Origin: Lingula anatina
Lineage: Eukaryota > Animalia > Brachiopoda
NCBI GenBank assembly: GCA_051362555.1
Contig: CM120640.1
Location: 41,890,788-41,954,787 of the forward strand
Direction of reading: 5' to 3'
DNA length: 64,000 nucleotides
Shown here: piece by piece, positions 25,806 to 38,251 of the stretch
Layout of the letters: each line of letters begins with the position of its first letter
How positions within the stretch are numbered: position 1 is the first letter of the stretch
Made by a program: the position numbers and the translations under genes
The notes under the pieces: model-generated
Told to the model about the DNA's origin: nothing
Databases searched by the model: none
What the model saw: only the letters and a program-made list of their open reading frames with translations

Positions 25806-27594
25806 ATTTCCAAAATCACCTCGTTAAAGGAAAAGGGCACTGAAGGGTGCGAAGCTCCCGTAAAGGTAAGATGAGACGTTGTTTTACCAGAATTAGAAGA
25901 GATGTCGATCGAAATATCTGAACGTACGGTACATGCTGGCGGTGTGGATTTTGGCCTTTGTATCAGTAGTAAATGGTCTCATATGGTCAATCATTCTGCA
26001 TTCTTAGTATTTAACACAATCATGGATTAATTACTTTAGTATATATATAAATTTATAAAATCTGCTTTCGTAAGAAATTAAATTACTACAAATAAAGATG
26101 ACGTTATCTCGATGCAATCCACGTGACTCGGTCGATATTTAGTATGTTATGCTAATAATAAAACGCGCATTGCGTTTCTCTCACTTGCAAAATGAAGTTA
26201 ATTTCAATGATTGTAAGTCAGTGTCTGGTTTTGTGGACTTACATGCTGGTTGGGATGATTAAAAGGGTCTTGGAATTGTAAGGAAGATTTGAGGGAGATC
26301 AAATTCATCCTACCGTACTTCTTACAGTGTAAATTCGTATGGATGTACAAATTGTGTTTCGAAACTCATGAAAGGGGATTTTTCTTAGTCCACAGTCAAT
26401 GAAAATATTCTCTCAACTCCCCAAATATAATGATAAAATTTTAAGCCTCATGTAGGCGTTGCAGGTGTGGCAGTGGCAGCATATGTTGGTGTTTGTGTAA
26501 GCAGCTGTGGTTAAGCTCAGTAATCATTAAACTATTAATATTTTATGTTCTCCAAGTTGAAATCTGTGCTTAAAGGCTTTGTCTGTATAATGTCAAATAC
26601 ATATTTTGTTTTAGATTTCCCTGCTTGAAAAAAAAACATTATTTTGGTGCATTTGGGAACCGTTTCGAAAACTAATAAAAGAGGGGTATTGTTGTAAATG
26701 GCAAGCTGCTAATTTTGTAAACATGCAAGGTTTTTTTTTCTCCTTGAAGACTCTTTTTCATGAGAACATCTATTTACAGCATTTTTAGTCATGAACATGC
26801 TGTTGTGTAAGAAACAACATCAGTTTGTCGGCCATATTCCAGAGACACTAGGTTGAGCTTTGCTTGTCTTTTAATCTCAACATAAATACTCTAGATACAA
26901 CAAGTACTTAAACAGATATTGTTACATCTTTCCTTTTTTGATGTTTTTTAACTGATCAATAAATGTCATTGCAGTTACTTAAATTGATATTCTCGAAGAT
27001 TCCTTTTGTTTGTTGCCACTCAAAGTCTGTGACCTTTTTTCTAAACTTGTGTAAATAACCAACATTTAGCTTGAGTTTGAAGGGTTGTCACATAATTGTC
27101 AATTGATCCCTTGTTCTTGGTTTCTGGTATTAAATTTGTACTGCAAGTACATTTTGTTGGTTTCACCGATAATAGTCATCATCAAATGTTGATATAATAT
27201 CATCAAGTCCTGTGGCTTTAAATGCATAGCTTATAAACCTTCTGAGCATATGGTTCTATGCAAAGCAAGAATAAAACCATTTGTACTTTTCTTCTTGTTG
27301 GTCTAGTATTGTGATCACACTGCAATTTTCCCATATTTGCTTGTATAGCTTCCAGTTGTTCATTTTGTTCATGCCCAATTGCAACTTTCTGAATGGTTTT
27401 AATATACAAGTGTCATTTAAGACTAGAAGATTAACCATGCCGTTTTTCCACTCCAATTTGCTAATTTAAAACCATCTTTTCCTCTTTTTCAGGGCGGTTA
27501 CACATACCACTACTATAACCCCAACCCTTCGGGCTTCTGCCTCTTTAGGCTCAAGCTAAACTTCAACGCGGAACCCCCCTGGGATCCCAGCTGA
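25806..27594 (+). CDS. Non-AUG upstream conserved coding region (uCC) of the ODC/AZIN1 family, about 50 aa, split by an intron
   Basis: Exon starting at 27493 (acceptor ctttttcag) reads GGYTYHYYNPNPSGFCLFRLKLNFNAEPPWDPS* (TGA 27592-94). Spliced to exon 1 (donor 25865), the frame is open back to ATT 25806, which is preceded by in-frame TAA: ISKITSLKEKGTEGCEAPVK. The frame contains no AUG. The C-terminus matches the mammalian AZIN1 uCC ending as I recall it (FNAEPPWEPS*). The exact start codon is uncertain. Confidence 0.85.
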
Positions 27595-27969
27595 CATTTG
27601 CTAAAGGAGCAGGCATTTCAACTCGCAGTGTACTTGTTCTCATTTATATATATTTAACTAATTTCTATATCAGCTTTTGCTTTAAGAAAAAAATACTTAT
27701 TAGTCTGATGTAAAGGTTTTTATTTAATGACTGATTGATTCCAAAAAAGGTTTCTAATGCTATTGAAAATAGGGCTACCACCTCCCAACAATTCATAATG
27801 ATACATGTTGAAAATACTACTTAGTTTTTTCTTCTAAAAGGCAATAATATGTTAAAATGTTTATTTGGGGCTCATAGATACATTTTTTTTTAATTTTCAG
27901 GTTGTTGCGTATTTCTTAGTAACCAGTATTTAGTGAACAGTTTGAATCCACATTTTACATCTCATCAAG

Positions 27970-30757
27970 ATGAAAATCACATACCCAATCAAGAATTCTT
28001 CTCATTGCTTTGAGGTGATGAATGGTATGCCAGCAATAAAAAAATTGATTGCAAGCAAAATCCAAGAACAAGGGACAGAGGTGAGGTCATTAAATAGGCT
28101 AGTCTATTTGCTGATGATGTCATTAAATGGGTCCAGCATGCATGTGTATGGACCTTAGACTGTCACCAGTTTGTATTAGTCACATGTTGAATAAGTTTAC
28201 CTCATAATGGATATCAATTGTACTGACAAACTTGATTAAACAGATGTAGAAAATGTTTGTTCATGAGATTTCAAAAGACTGATAATTCTGGGTTGCTTTG
28301 ACTATCGGAATGCCTGCAGGATAAGGAGACTTTCGGGGGCATTTTATGGAACAGCATATGTAAGGTTCTGGCGATAATAAATGATGAGTAAATGGTTTAT
28401 ACAAAGATTCTGAAATGGAAAAAAGCAAAATAAGACATTGAATATGGATATAATTTGCCTTCTTACACTGTCGTACAGAATAGAATAGTTTCTTCATTGC
28501 ACCATTACACTTTGTGACACTCTCACTTTGAAATTAAATGTGCAAAAAACAAATATAGTAACACTTGAAGACTACTGTGCAACAATGAACCTAACAACCA
28601 AACCATTATCTTTTCCAGGATGCCTTTTTCATTGCTGATCTTGGTGCTGTGGTTGAGAAGCACCTTGAGTGGATATCTATGATGCCCCGCGTACAGCCAT
28701 TCTATGCCGTTAAATGTAACAATGACCCAGGAATTGTGCAGTTCTTAGCCTCCCTTGGCACTGGCTTTGACTGTGCGAGCAAGGCAGAAATTGAGCAAGT
28801 TCTATCACTTGGAGTCGATCCTTCTCGTATAATCTATGCGAACCCATGCAAGATAAAGTCCTACATCAGATTTGCCAAGGAAAAAAATGTCTCCCTGATG
28901 ACCTTTGATAATGAAAATGAACTGCAGAAAGTGAAGGCTTTCTATCCTGAGGCACACCTGGTCATCCGAATCTTACCACCTGCTTCTAAAGCTATTTGTA
29001 ACCTTGGGTGCAAATTTGGAGTGGAGCCGGAGAAAGCATTGCCCTTGCTGCAGAAGGCCAAAAACATGGGCCTCAATGTTGTTGGAGTTAGGTATGTACT
29101 ACCAGTTTATATTTTTTGAGTTTTTTCGTGAATTCTTGCTTTTTTGAGAACTGAACTTTGAAAAATGCATTCTATTTCCTCCAGATGCAGTTGAATAAAA
29201 TGAAGATTTACGAAGCACTACTTTATTCAGTATGGATTAATGTTCTGTAATTTGCTCGGTTTTTGAAACATGCAATTGTTTATGATACCTGTGATACATT
29301 TTATTATCGTATGAATGTCTTTTTGTAGCTATTGCCTGCATCTAAATTTCAATGACTGAAAGTTTTCATGGAGACGGTAACTGCAAAACTATGTTCTGTC
29401 ATGTCTGTTGAAGTTATCTGTAACTTGTAAGACTCTGGACAAAATGCATATTCAAGCTAGAATGTTGGCTTGAGTGGGTGGTGTTTATGTGTATTTTTTT
29501 TTTCTATTCTCAGTAGAGTGAATACTTTTCCTGATTGTCAAGTCTCATATATGCAATATTTTGCCTTTTCAGCTTTCATGTTGGCAGTGGTTGCCTAGAA
29601 GCAGAAGCCTTCAAGAAAGCCATTTCTGCAGCACGTAAAGTATTTGACCAGGCCAAGGTCATCGGCTACAACTTCAACCTCTTGGACATTGGTGGTGGTT
29701 TTCCAGGCTTCGACCAACCCGAGATCAACTTTGACGAGGTCACCCAGACAATTAACACCAGCCTGGACGAGCTTTTCCCAGATGATGATGACTTGAGAAT
29801 CATTGCTGAGCCTGGCCGTTACTATGCGACTTCTGCGTACACCCTTGCTGTCAATGTTATTGCCAAGAGAGAAGAAGTTGAGGCAGAACTTGTGGAAGAG
29901 GATAAGGCTAGGGTCATGTATTACATAAATGATGGCGTATATGGCTCCTTCAACTGTCTGCTATATGACCATGCAGAATTAACCCCTGATTACTTGAAGG
30001 TTAGATTTTTCTCCCATTGTTAAGAAAATCGGTGACTTAAAAGCTAGGATTTGTAAATTAGCTCCTTTCTCTCCAGGGTTGGATTCAGAGAAATTTTCTG
30101 ACAGTTTTCCAAATTATTTTTGTTGATACATCCTTCATTTTTGACCACCTGCCGACAGAAAAAAAGTAGATTATTGGCAATGTAAATTCCAAAATCTGCC
30201 AGCTTCTGGAAGACCCAGAAGACGACCTCATTCCGCGCCTGCTTTCTGTGTAGTTATTGTTTTTTTTTTACTGAGATGGCAATTTTCTTTTACTACTTTT
30301 TCTTAAATGGTTGAGCCTTGCTATTATATTTCTGTATGGTATCATGTTTTACAGAAAGATTGATTAGAGGATTCAATGTCCACATTTTTTTCTACATTAG
30401 GAAGTAGATTCGAAGGCCACCATCACCAGCAGCCTATGGGGGCCTACATGTGATGGCCTGGATTGCATCCTGAAGAACTGTGCAATGCCTTCACTGGAGG
30501 TAGGGGAATGGCTGTGCTTCAGGAACATGGGGGCATACACGCTGGTCGCAGGTTCAACTTTCAATGGCATGCCTCGCCCTAATGTGTACTACTACATCGA
30601 GGACACCAGGTGGCTACAGATGTTGGTGATGATGCCCTCCCAGGATTCAATCCAACTTGTGTTGAAAGACTTCGATGTTGCCAAGCCTGTCCCAGACCTT
30701 TCAGACCTTCAAGAGTTGGTTGTGCCAGACGTGAAGTGCTGTGCTCCCGAGTGTTAA
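27970..30757 (+). CDS. ODC1: Ornithine decarboxylase, about 455 aa, 4 coding exons
   Basis: Exons 27970-28080, 28619-29091, 29573-29999 and 30401-30757 (1368 nt, in frame). Motifs: PFYAVKCN (PLP lysine), GFDCAS, IIYANPCK, VGVSFHVGSGC, LLDIGGGFPG, IIAEPGRY, YYINDGVYGSFNC, WGPTCDGLD (catalytic Cys), MGAYT...STFNG. Confidence 0.95.
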
Positions 30758-32149
30758 CAGAATTCAATAAATTTATTGATTTGAGGAGTCCAAAATAGCA
30801 TGTGCATAACAGTATAAATATTATGACTGCAGTAATATCCAATGAGCCCTTTGAAAATATATCTGGATCAAAGTGGCATCGACCATAACTGTTAGGATCA
30901 TGTGTTCATTTTTACCAAACTGTTAAGATTTTAGATGAAATAAGTTTTTCATTGTCTGTTGTGTAAAATCATTATTTTTAACAAAGTCAAGCTTTTAGTT
31001 TAAAAGTGTCTGAAATTTTGTTATATCTGTACTACATTGGTGCATTTGTTAAAGAAATATTTTTGAGATTATTTGTATGGAATTAATATGGGGTGGTTTA
31101 AAGCAGTCCAATAAGATCATTTGGGGCCAAGGAAGTTGAGGAAGATGTTTTTAACATTCCCATCTTGACATAACCTCAGATTTTAGCATTTTGTTTGATC
31201 AGTCTGCAGATCAACAAAATTTGATTTTAGTGATTTTTCAAGAAGCACAAGCAGTGACTTGTAAATTCATTTTTAATTACCTTAACAGTTTGAGAAACAT
31301 TGGGCCATGAGTAGAACTAAGGATAACCTCAAAATATAATGAGAAGCATTTCATCTGGTAAATATTTTTTAATTAAACAAATTGAAAACCAGAATGGGCA
31401 GCCTGTGAGCAGAGACAGTTGTCACCAGAATGACAAGAGAAATCTTCGATAATTTGGTGAAGTGACCTGTATCTGTCACAGTGGATTTTAAGTGATTTGT
31501 TGCTCATTATGTGTATGACTGTTTGGTTACTAAGGTATTTATGCCTGCTCTGTAGATTATATTCAGAAATAAATGTTCTCACAAGGATTTTGCTGTCTGT
31601 CAGTTTCAAAGATAAAGGTGTTAACACAAAAATTCGCATATGTCATTGTAGAAATGCATCCCTTCCACAAGTTGAAGTCGAAACGTGACGATTTAAAGCA
31701 AAAGATGGTACAGAATGAGAGACAATTTGAATGTTAAGGGGTAATGTACTGTATGCAAGACTAATCTCCTCTTTTAAGATCTAGAATGTCAGTACCAGTA
31801 TTGTCTGTAGCAAACTGACACCTGGTTAAAACAATTAGAATTCAAATCCTAAAGTGCACTGACGTGAAATGGTATTATTGCTACATTGTTACAAGAAACA
31901 TTGCTTCTAAGTTGAGTCCTAGAACTTGCCCTCCTAAGTCGCATCTTGTAATTCCACAAACTTGTATTGACATTCTAAAAATGAATAATGTATTGGGTTT
32001 AATCTGTGACAGAAACTACATGTAACAAGATTTATTTCTGAAATATCACTAGAATACATCATTGATACAACAAGAAGAGATTCTCTAACAATTTAAAAGC
32101 TACAGTTTGTGAACCGATTCGCTTCTCCAATAATGTTAAGTGGAAAAAA

Positions 32150-32282
32150 TCCTGAATATCAGAACTTTACCAGGAGTTGACACTATTTAGGAAAATACTC
32201 TGAATATCAGAGCTTTACAGTAAGGCAACATTATTTTTAAAAAAATGCCCTGAATATCAGAGCTTTACAGTGAGGCAACATG
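32150..32282. repeat. About 50-bp tandem repeat, 3 copies
   Basis: ctgaatatcaga(g/a)ctttac recurs three times. Confidence 0.75.
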
Positions 32283-32545
32283 GTTTGAGATATTTCTGGG
32301 GTACTAATTTTGAGCACATTGGGAGGAAACATGCGTCTACCTAATAAAATGTGATTTGTTGAAATTTAATACTAGCTCCATAGCAGATATGTCTGACAGG
32401 TCTAAAGATATTACAACAAATTGTTAAAATATTCAGAACAGATAAAATAGTCATTTCCAAAACACTCTACTTTGAGCATTCTAACTTTTAAGTTAAAAAT
32501 CTTAACAAGTTAGCCATATGAGTACATTCAATCTAATGTTGGGGT

Positions 32546-32701
32546 CAGTGTTTGCCTCTAAGGAAAATTAGTTGCTGAACCGAAGGTCCAGCCATCTTGA
32601 AAAGTAGCTGGACTGCATGTCTGCAGGGTGGGAAAGCTTCATGACTCGTTCTGAAAGTTGTCAAACCTGGGCAGACTGTCCAGCATTAATTTCGAGCACT
32701 G
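32546..32701. mobile_element. hAT-like MITE
   Basis: CAGTG...CACTG termini; 8-bp flanks gttggggt / gttgaggt (one mismatch). Confidence 0.6.
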
Positions 32702-33535
32702 GTTGAGGTGAACAGCAAAACCAATAATATACCTTGACCTGTACATCATGACTTCACATGACTTTTTTTTGTCTTTTTTGTTATTTTATGATACGCACAT
32801 TAAATCAAGAAGAAATTGACATTGTTATAAATCCATTACCAAAAAATTGAGTATAATTGAAGTAAGACAAAAAAGTGGAAGTTATCCTACAGAATACATT
32901 AATGAAGAATCTTCATAATAACAAAAACATTTCTAAAGGCACCTATGATACCAAATTGTACCAAGATATGTGTAAACTTAAATGTTTAAGTACTGGGAAC
33001 TGTCAAGGTATGACTAAGTTAATATATATATGATTAATAAAACATACTAAATTAAAATTAACTTATGTATATGGCACTAGTTGACAAAACTGGATATTGC
33101 AGAGCACTATTTGCACTTGACAGTTAACAAAGGCCCATTCACTTATTTAGGAATATCAAATGATCCGTGATAAATATTGCTGGGTTAGTTTCCCAAAACA
33201 AGATAAAGGACTGGCACTATTAAATGCGTAGTTTAGTTCATGCAAAGTTTTTCAAACCTTATCATACAAACTCTGCATTCCGTTTTGTTCTTTCTTCATG
33301 CTGTTTGGCAGTAGATACATGAAGGATTGTCTCAAAGGCAACACACTGACAAATCTCCATTTACTTCTCAAATCTTGATATTGCAAGTGCAGAAAATATT
33401 TCCTTTAATACTTTTGTTGGGAGCATTTTTGATACATACTTCTAAACACACTGTATATGGCTACATTTACACTAATATTGAATATAAAAAATATAATATG
33501 TAAACAACACATGGTTTATCTCTGCAGAAGAACTG

Positions 33536-34654
33536 TTACGGCCATCCAAAATTCACTCCAACCAAGCTGTAAAATTTCTTGTTGTGAGGTCTGAAGAAGG
33601 CACGTAGTTTTGCTAATACTGCTGGGTCAATGTTTGGGTGTTTGCGGCCTTTACTTTCTCCTAAACAAACATGCTCGTCCTCATCTCGAATACAGTAGAA
33701 CCCTTTTGTCTCATTGTACACAAACATATCTCTCTTGAACTGAGGATCAATGTCAAGAAATGCCTCTACTCTCTGGAGCTGTGTCACTGGATCCTCGGCA
33801 AATCTCTCACTGCTGATTAGAAGAAACTGATCCAAAGAGAAGTACTTTAACCACCTGGCCATGTGTACATGGTACTTAGACCTCCGCACTGGAGTGTAGC
33901 TTTCACGGATTCCACCGGTTTCTTTGTCGATGACAAGGTCTTCAAATCTGTGGTAAGATTTCCCTTTTTCCTCTTTGTTCGTGCGCACCTGAAGGTAGTC
34001 AGATATCATACGTTCTACGGGATCACGCAATATCAGCAAAAGTTTGATGCTACTGTTCATCTCATGCACTTTTCCAGCTACATGCTCTTCCACAAAGTAG
34101 GCAGGGGTTTTCTCAATAGTGATTTGATTTCTAAAAGAAAATGGCATACGTTTTCGGTACCAGTTCAAACCCAGCTTATATCTATCAGGCTCATCGAAAA
34201 AATGCATTTCCCTGCCTGCAGTTTGGATATCTGGATGAAGGTCCAAGAAATTCAACAGAGCCCTTGTTCCTCCTTTACGAACCCCAATGATAATACACTG
34301 GGGCAGACGACGTTGGGTGTGTCTTGAGTGAAAAGGATAGGAGTCAACTACAAAGTCATAGTCACCCTGAGTCTCATGTTGAGTATTGCTGGACATTTCA
34401 GTATAAGAGGACAAGTCACTTTTTAGGTGTGCCCCACTTGAGGTATATATTCCATAGATACAAAAACAGCAAACAATTCCAATCAGCAAAAATATTGCAA
34501 GAACTCTTTGTCTACATGAGCAGAACTTTGAAGAGGCTTTTACTGAGTCTATGCTATTGCCATCTGTCTGTATGGACTGAGACTGTGTGAGGACCTTGGT
34601 GCAACCACTCAGACCCTGACCTTTGCTCTTCTTTTTCTTCATCTTGGCAGCCAT
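33536..34654 (-). CDS. HS3ST: Heparan sulfate glucosamine 3-O-sulfotransferase (HS3ST1/5-like), 372 aa, single coding exon
   Basis: Type II transmembrane segment VLAIFLLIGIVCCFCIYGIY; 5'-PSB LPQCIIIGVRKGGTRALL; EMHFFD; EKTPAYF; 3'-PB RDPVERMISDY; KGFYC...CLGESKGRKHP; ends FGWP. Confidence 0.93.
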   Translation of the reverse strand: MAAKMKKKKSKGQGLSGCTKVLTQSQSIQTDGNSIDSVKASSKFCSCRQRVLAIFLLIGIVCCFCIYGIYTSSGAHLKSDLSSYTEMSSNTQHETQGDYDFVVDSYPFHSRHTQRRLPQCIIIGVRKGGTRALLNFLDLHPDIQTAGREMHFFDEPDRYKLGLNWYRKRMPFSFRNQITIEKTPAYFVEEHVAGKVHEMNSSIKLLLILRDPVERMISDYLQVRTNKEEKGKSYHRFEDLVIDKETGGIRESYTPVRRSKYHVHMARWLKYFSLDQFLLISSERFAEDPVTQLQRVEAFLDIDPQFKRDMFVYNETKGFYCIRDEDEHVCLGESKGRKHPNIDPAVLAKLRAFFRPHNKKFYSLVGVNFGWP

Positions 34655-35693
34655 GCATCAGCAATATCAGTCAAAATACCATGTGTCTCTGTACTTCTTG
34701 TAAACCAATTTGATAATCTTTCAATAACATTAAGGTCTCATGTGTGTAAACTGTTCAGAGATGTCCATATGTGACACATCACATCTTGCCAGTCTCATTT
34801 CCTCCCTGCAAGTCTTCTTTCTGAACAAAAATCTTGTTTGCCAACAAGATAATAAATCCAGAATTCCATTCCTGGAAAATGAGAATAAGAATGCTTCATT
34901 ACTACAGTTCATCATCAAATCAAGAACATCGCTGCTACTTTTAAATGTAAAGATTATCACAGTTCATGCAACCAGTACATAAGTTATATATGCAAATTGC
35001 TACCCCATCATCTCTGCAGCAATCTGAGAGTGTTTCATTGATTTCTGGGCCAAACTACAGAATGACCACACAGAATGCATTAATGAAATTAAATCAATGT
35101 AATATTATGCCTTCATGATGTAAAAGATTACTAAGAAGATTAGCCGAAACCATTAATATGTATATAAATTGCAAATATACTGGGTCTGACATATAAATAA
35201 TTCAAATTAACCAAAAACATCTCATGAAAGCCTAACATTTCATCAGATTTTATACAAGCCTGCATAGAATAAGAAAAAAAAATATATTATTTTGCAACAA
35301 TCTGGTTCATATTTGATATTTTGCAATCAAGACAATGTGGCAGTATTATCATGCAATACCAAACCTGAACATCTATAGTTAGTCATGTTATCATTATCTT
35401 ATAACAAAAGAATGCATGTGTCTAGCTGGCAATAATACTGCATTCATATGACCAACTGAAAAAGCAATCATTATAAGGCTTGATACTAGACAGTATACCA
35501 CATTTCAAAATGATATTTTTGAAGACCTGCCCTCACCTTTTAACAAATTCTAAATATTTTACAAAAATTATTTTGAGGAAACTATTTCAGAAAGAGAGAA
35601 AAATGATTAAAGCTGCTAATAAAAAAAGCTCCTTTACTGACTTAATTTCCAGCTTATTAAAAGCACTTCGTCCTCACCCTAATCATGAGTTGG

Positions 35694-35772
<79 letters not shown>
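35694..35772. repeat. (TA)n microsatellite
   Basis: Visible dinucleotide run. Confidence 0.95.
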
Positions 35773-35773
<1 letters not shown>

Positions 35774-36861
35774 TGATTATCACAAATAACATGATATCAC
35801 TGTGCATGTGGCAGTCTTAGTGGGGAATATATACACTAGACAGAATATGTGACACAGACATAAATGCAAAACTGCCCATACTGCACACTGGTTTTTGACA
35901 AAGAACAGAGATAATATTCCCCCCGGACAGGTTTAGTCTGCAATCCAAGAAATAACATCTATCATGTCTCTGTGACAGATTGTTCTATCTTATCTAAATT
36001 TGCTCCTTAAACAGGGAATACACTAGCTGAAGTCAGTAAGCTACTTTGCATAGATGTATGGATAGCAACCTGACCCCAACATATGGTTACATAAATCCTA
36101 ATTTTGCTACATATTCCAAAACCCTTCTTGCCATACCTATTACTGCATCTTAAGACACAAATAAATATGTGAATTCTGCCTAGGACGTTCCAATTTCTCC
36201 TACCATCAAAGTCCTGTTAAATCCACAAATGGGTATTTCATGTGTAGATATTCATCTTGTCCATAAGACAACACTCTCAGTATATGAAATATAACAGTCT
36301 CTGTCTACTTCTTTCAGTTCTCTACACATCCACAGATGCAGAGCTCCAACGTTAATCTGCACTGTCAGGCTAATTTCTCCTAGCACATAATGAGCTGTTA
36401 ATCAGCACTGATTGCTTTCACTCACATTCATTGGTCAGTTAGAAGGTTATTACAATTATGCTCCGATCATCAATCATTGGGCACTTAATAAACAAGTGAT
36501 CTGTCTTCTATGCGTAATTTTTACTGTGAATCAGAAGATTTCATCTTCAATAATTCATACTAACCATTACCTTTGAATATGTCCAATATGCTGAGAATGA
36601 CGTATTATGTACTTCTTTTCATACCTGCTTCTGTTCATATATTTTGTCTATTTACTGTGTACACTTATTAGATGATGTATTAACATTGATGAAAATGAGT
36701 GACTCATAAAGGGATATTCAATAGAAAGAGCCAGCTTGTGTACCAGATTGTGTTTTTTTTTCTTTCATTTTTTCAAAAAGAGGATTCTGCATAGACTGTT
36801 ATCTTCAACTACAGATGCCTTTTAGACAATACATACTTTATATTCATACAATTTTTATTAC

Positions 36862-36969
36862 CTTTGTAGTCTGTATTGCTGATCTTTTGCTTGGATTACA
36901 ACTAAGCTATGTTCTTGTTTCCCCTGTGCTGTGTTTCCTGGTTGGTTCCTTCAGTGATGTTTGCCAAAC
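36862..36969 (-). other. Candidate non-coding 5' UTR exon of the first HS3ST gene
   Basis: Minus-strand acceptor ccttgtttctag and donor AAG/gtaata; a downstream acceptor tcttattctcattttccag opens the coding exon at 34871. Confidence 0.35.
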
Positions 36970-38114
36970 CTAGAAACAAGGAAAAGTCTATCAGGAATAT
37001 GGCATGCATTTATGATATAACTATAACATCTGTAGCCAAAGTATGTACTGCTGTTTACAACTCTACAACAAAGGATTTGTGAAAGTTATGAACTTTGGAG
37101 CTATTTTCATCTTCTGTAGCTGAGAACAAAATGTTTTCCATAAAATTCTGCTTCCTGGTCTCATGATTTAAAGTAAAATAACCTTTTCTTCTTTTTGTTA
37201 TCATGTTCACTTGATCCCACAGTGCATGTAATATCTCTCATGTTTCTGCAGAATACAGGGAATAAGATCTCATTTCATCAAATTCATCCTGTACTAATTC
37301 AATTTCTGCCACTGTGAAGTGGATAAATTTGACAGCAGAGGCAACGGGGAAATGAATTCATTAAGATGAGGTATAAATATTTTCACATCCACTTCTTCTC
37401 ATATAAAGAATAGTATTTCAGAGCAGAAGACAAAATCAGATTTATGTTTTCTCATAAACAAAAGAGAATTCTTTGAAATGAGACACCATTTACTCTGTCA
37501 GTTGTTATTGGCACACAGACAACTGACAAAATATTAAATTTTGTAAATGACTGACTTTCCAGTTTCTATTCACAGTATCACACCCACTGTTGCCAATAGA
37601 TCATGCATTTTAAGCTTTTGAACAGCCAATTGATCATACTTCTTTCCTGCTCCAAAGTAGCAGCCAACATGCTTTGTTAATGATATTTCTTAGAACAGAT
37701 TTTCCCCTGTAGAAAACTTAATCTCAAATGACAAGTGTCAATATGAAAATACTGTACTCCTTTTCCCTTATTTCAATTTCAAGCGGAAATGAAGATCAAC
37801 TATTGTACATTTTATTTGTATCCAACTTTCAATTTATCAATCATGATTTACCAAATTACAGGTATACATCCAGTTAAACAATTTCAGTTTTGTAAATTTA
37901 AGTAAATTATAATTTACTGAATAAAAATTGCTTATTTCCAGTTAAACCATCCAGAAGTCAATTTAGTGTTTTCTGTGCATATCTACAAATTTGATAATAT
38001 ATTTTACATCTGATTCCACACATGTGCCATGTTTACCAACTAAAAAAGCAGTTTGATTTTGTCTGATAATGAAGCTAACTCACACCAAGAGAGCCTGTTA
38101 ATCGATACTAGCTT

Positions 38115-38251
<137 letters not shown>

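Noticed and set aside
27970-30757. Antizyme inhibitor (AZIN1) rather than ODC, because of the uCC
   Set aside because: All ODC catalytic motifs are intact, including AVKCN, DGVYGSFNC and WGPTCDGLD; invertebrate ODCs can carry the uCC.
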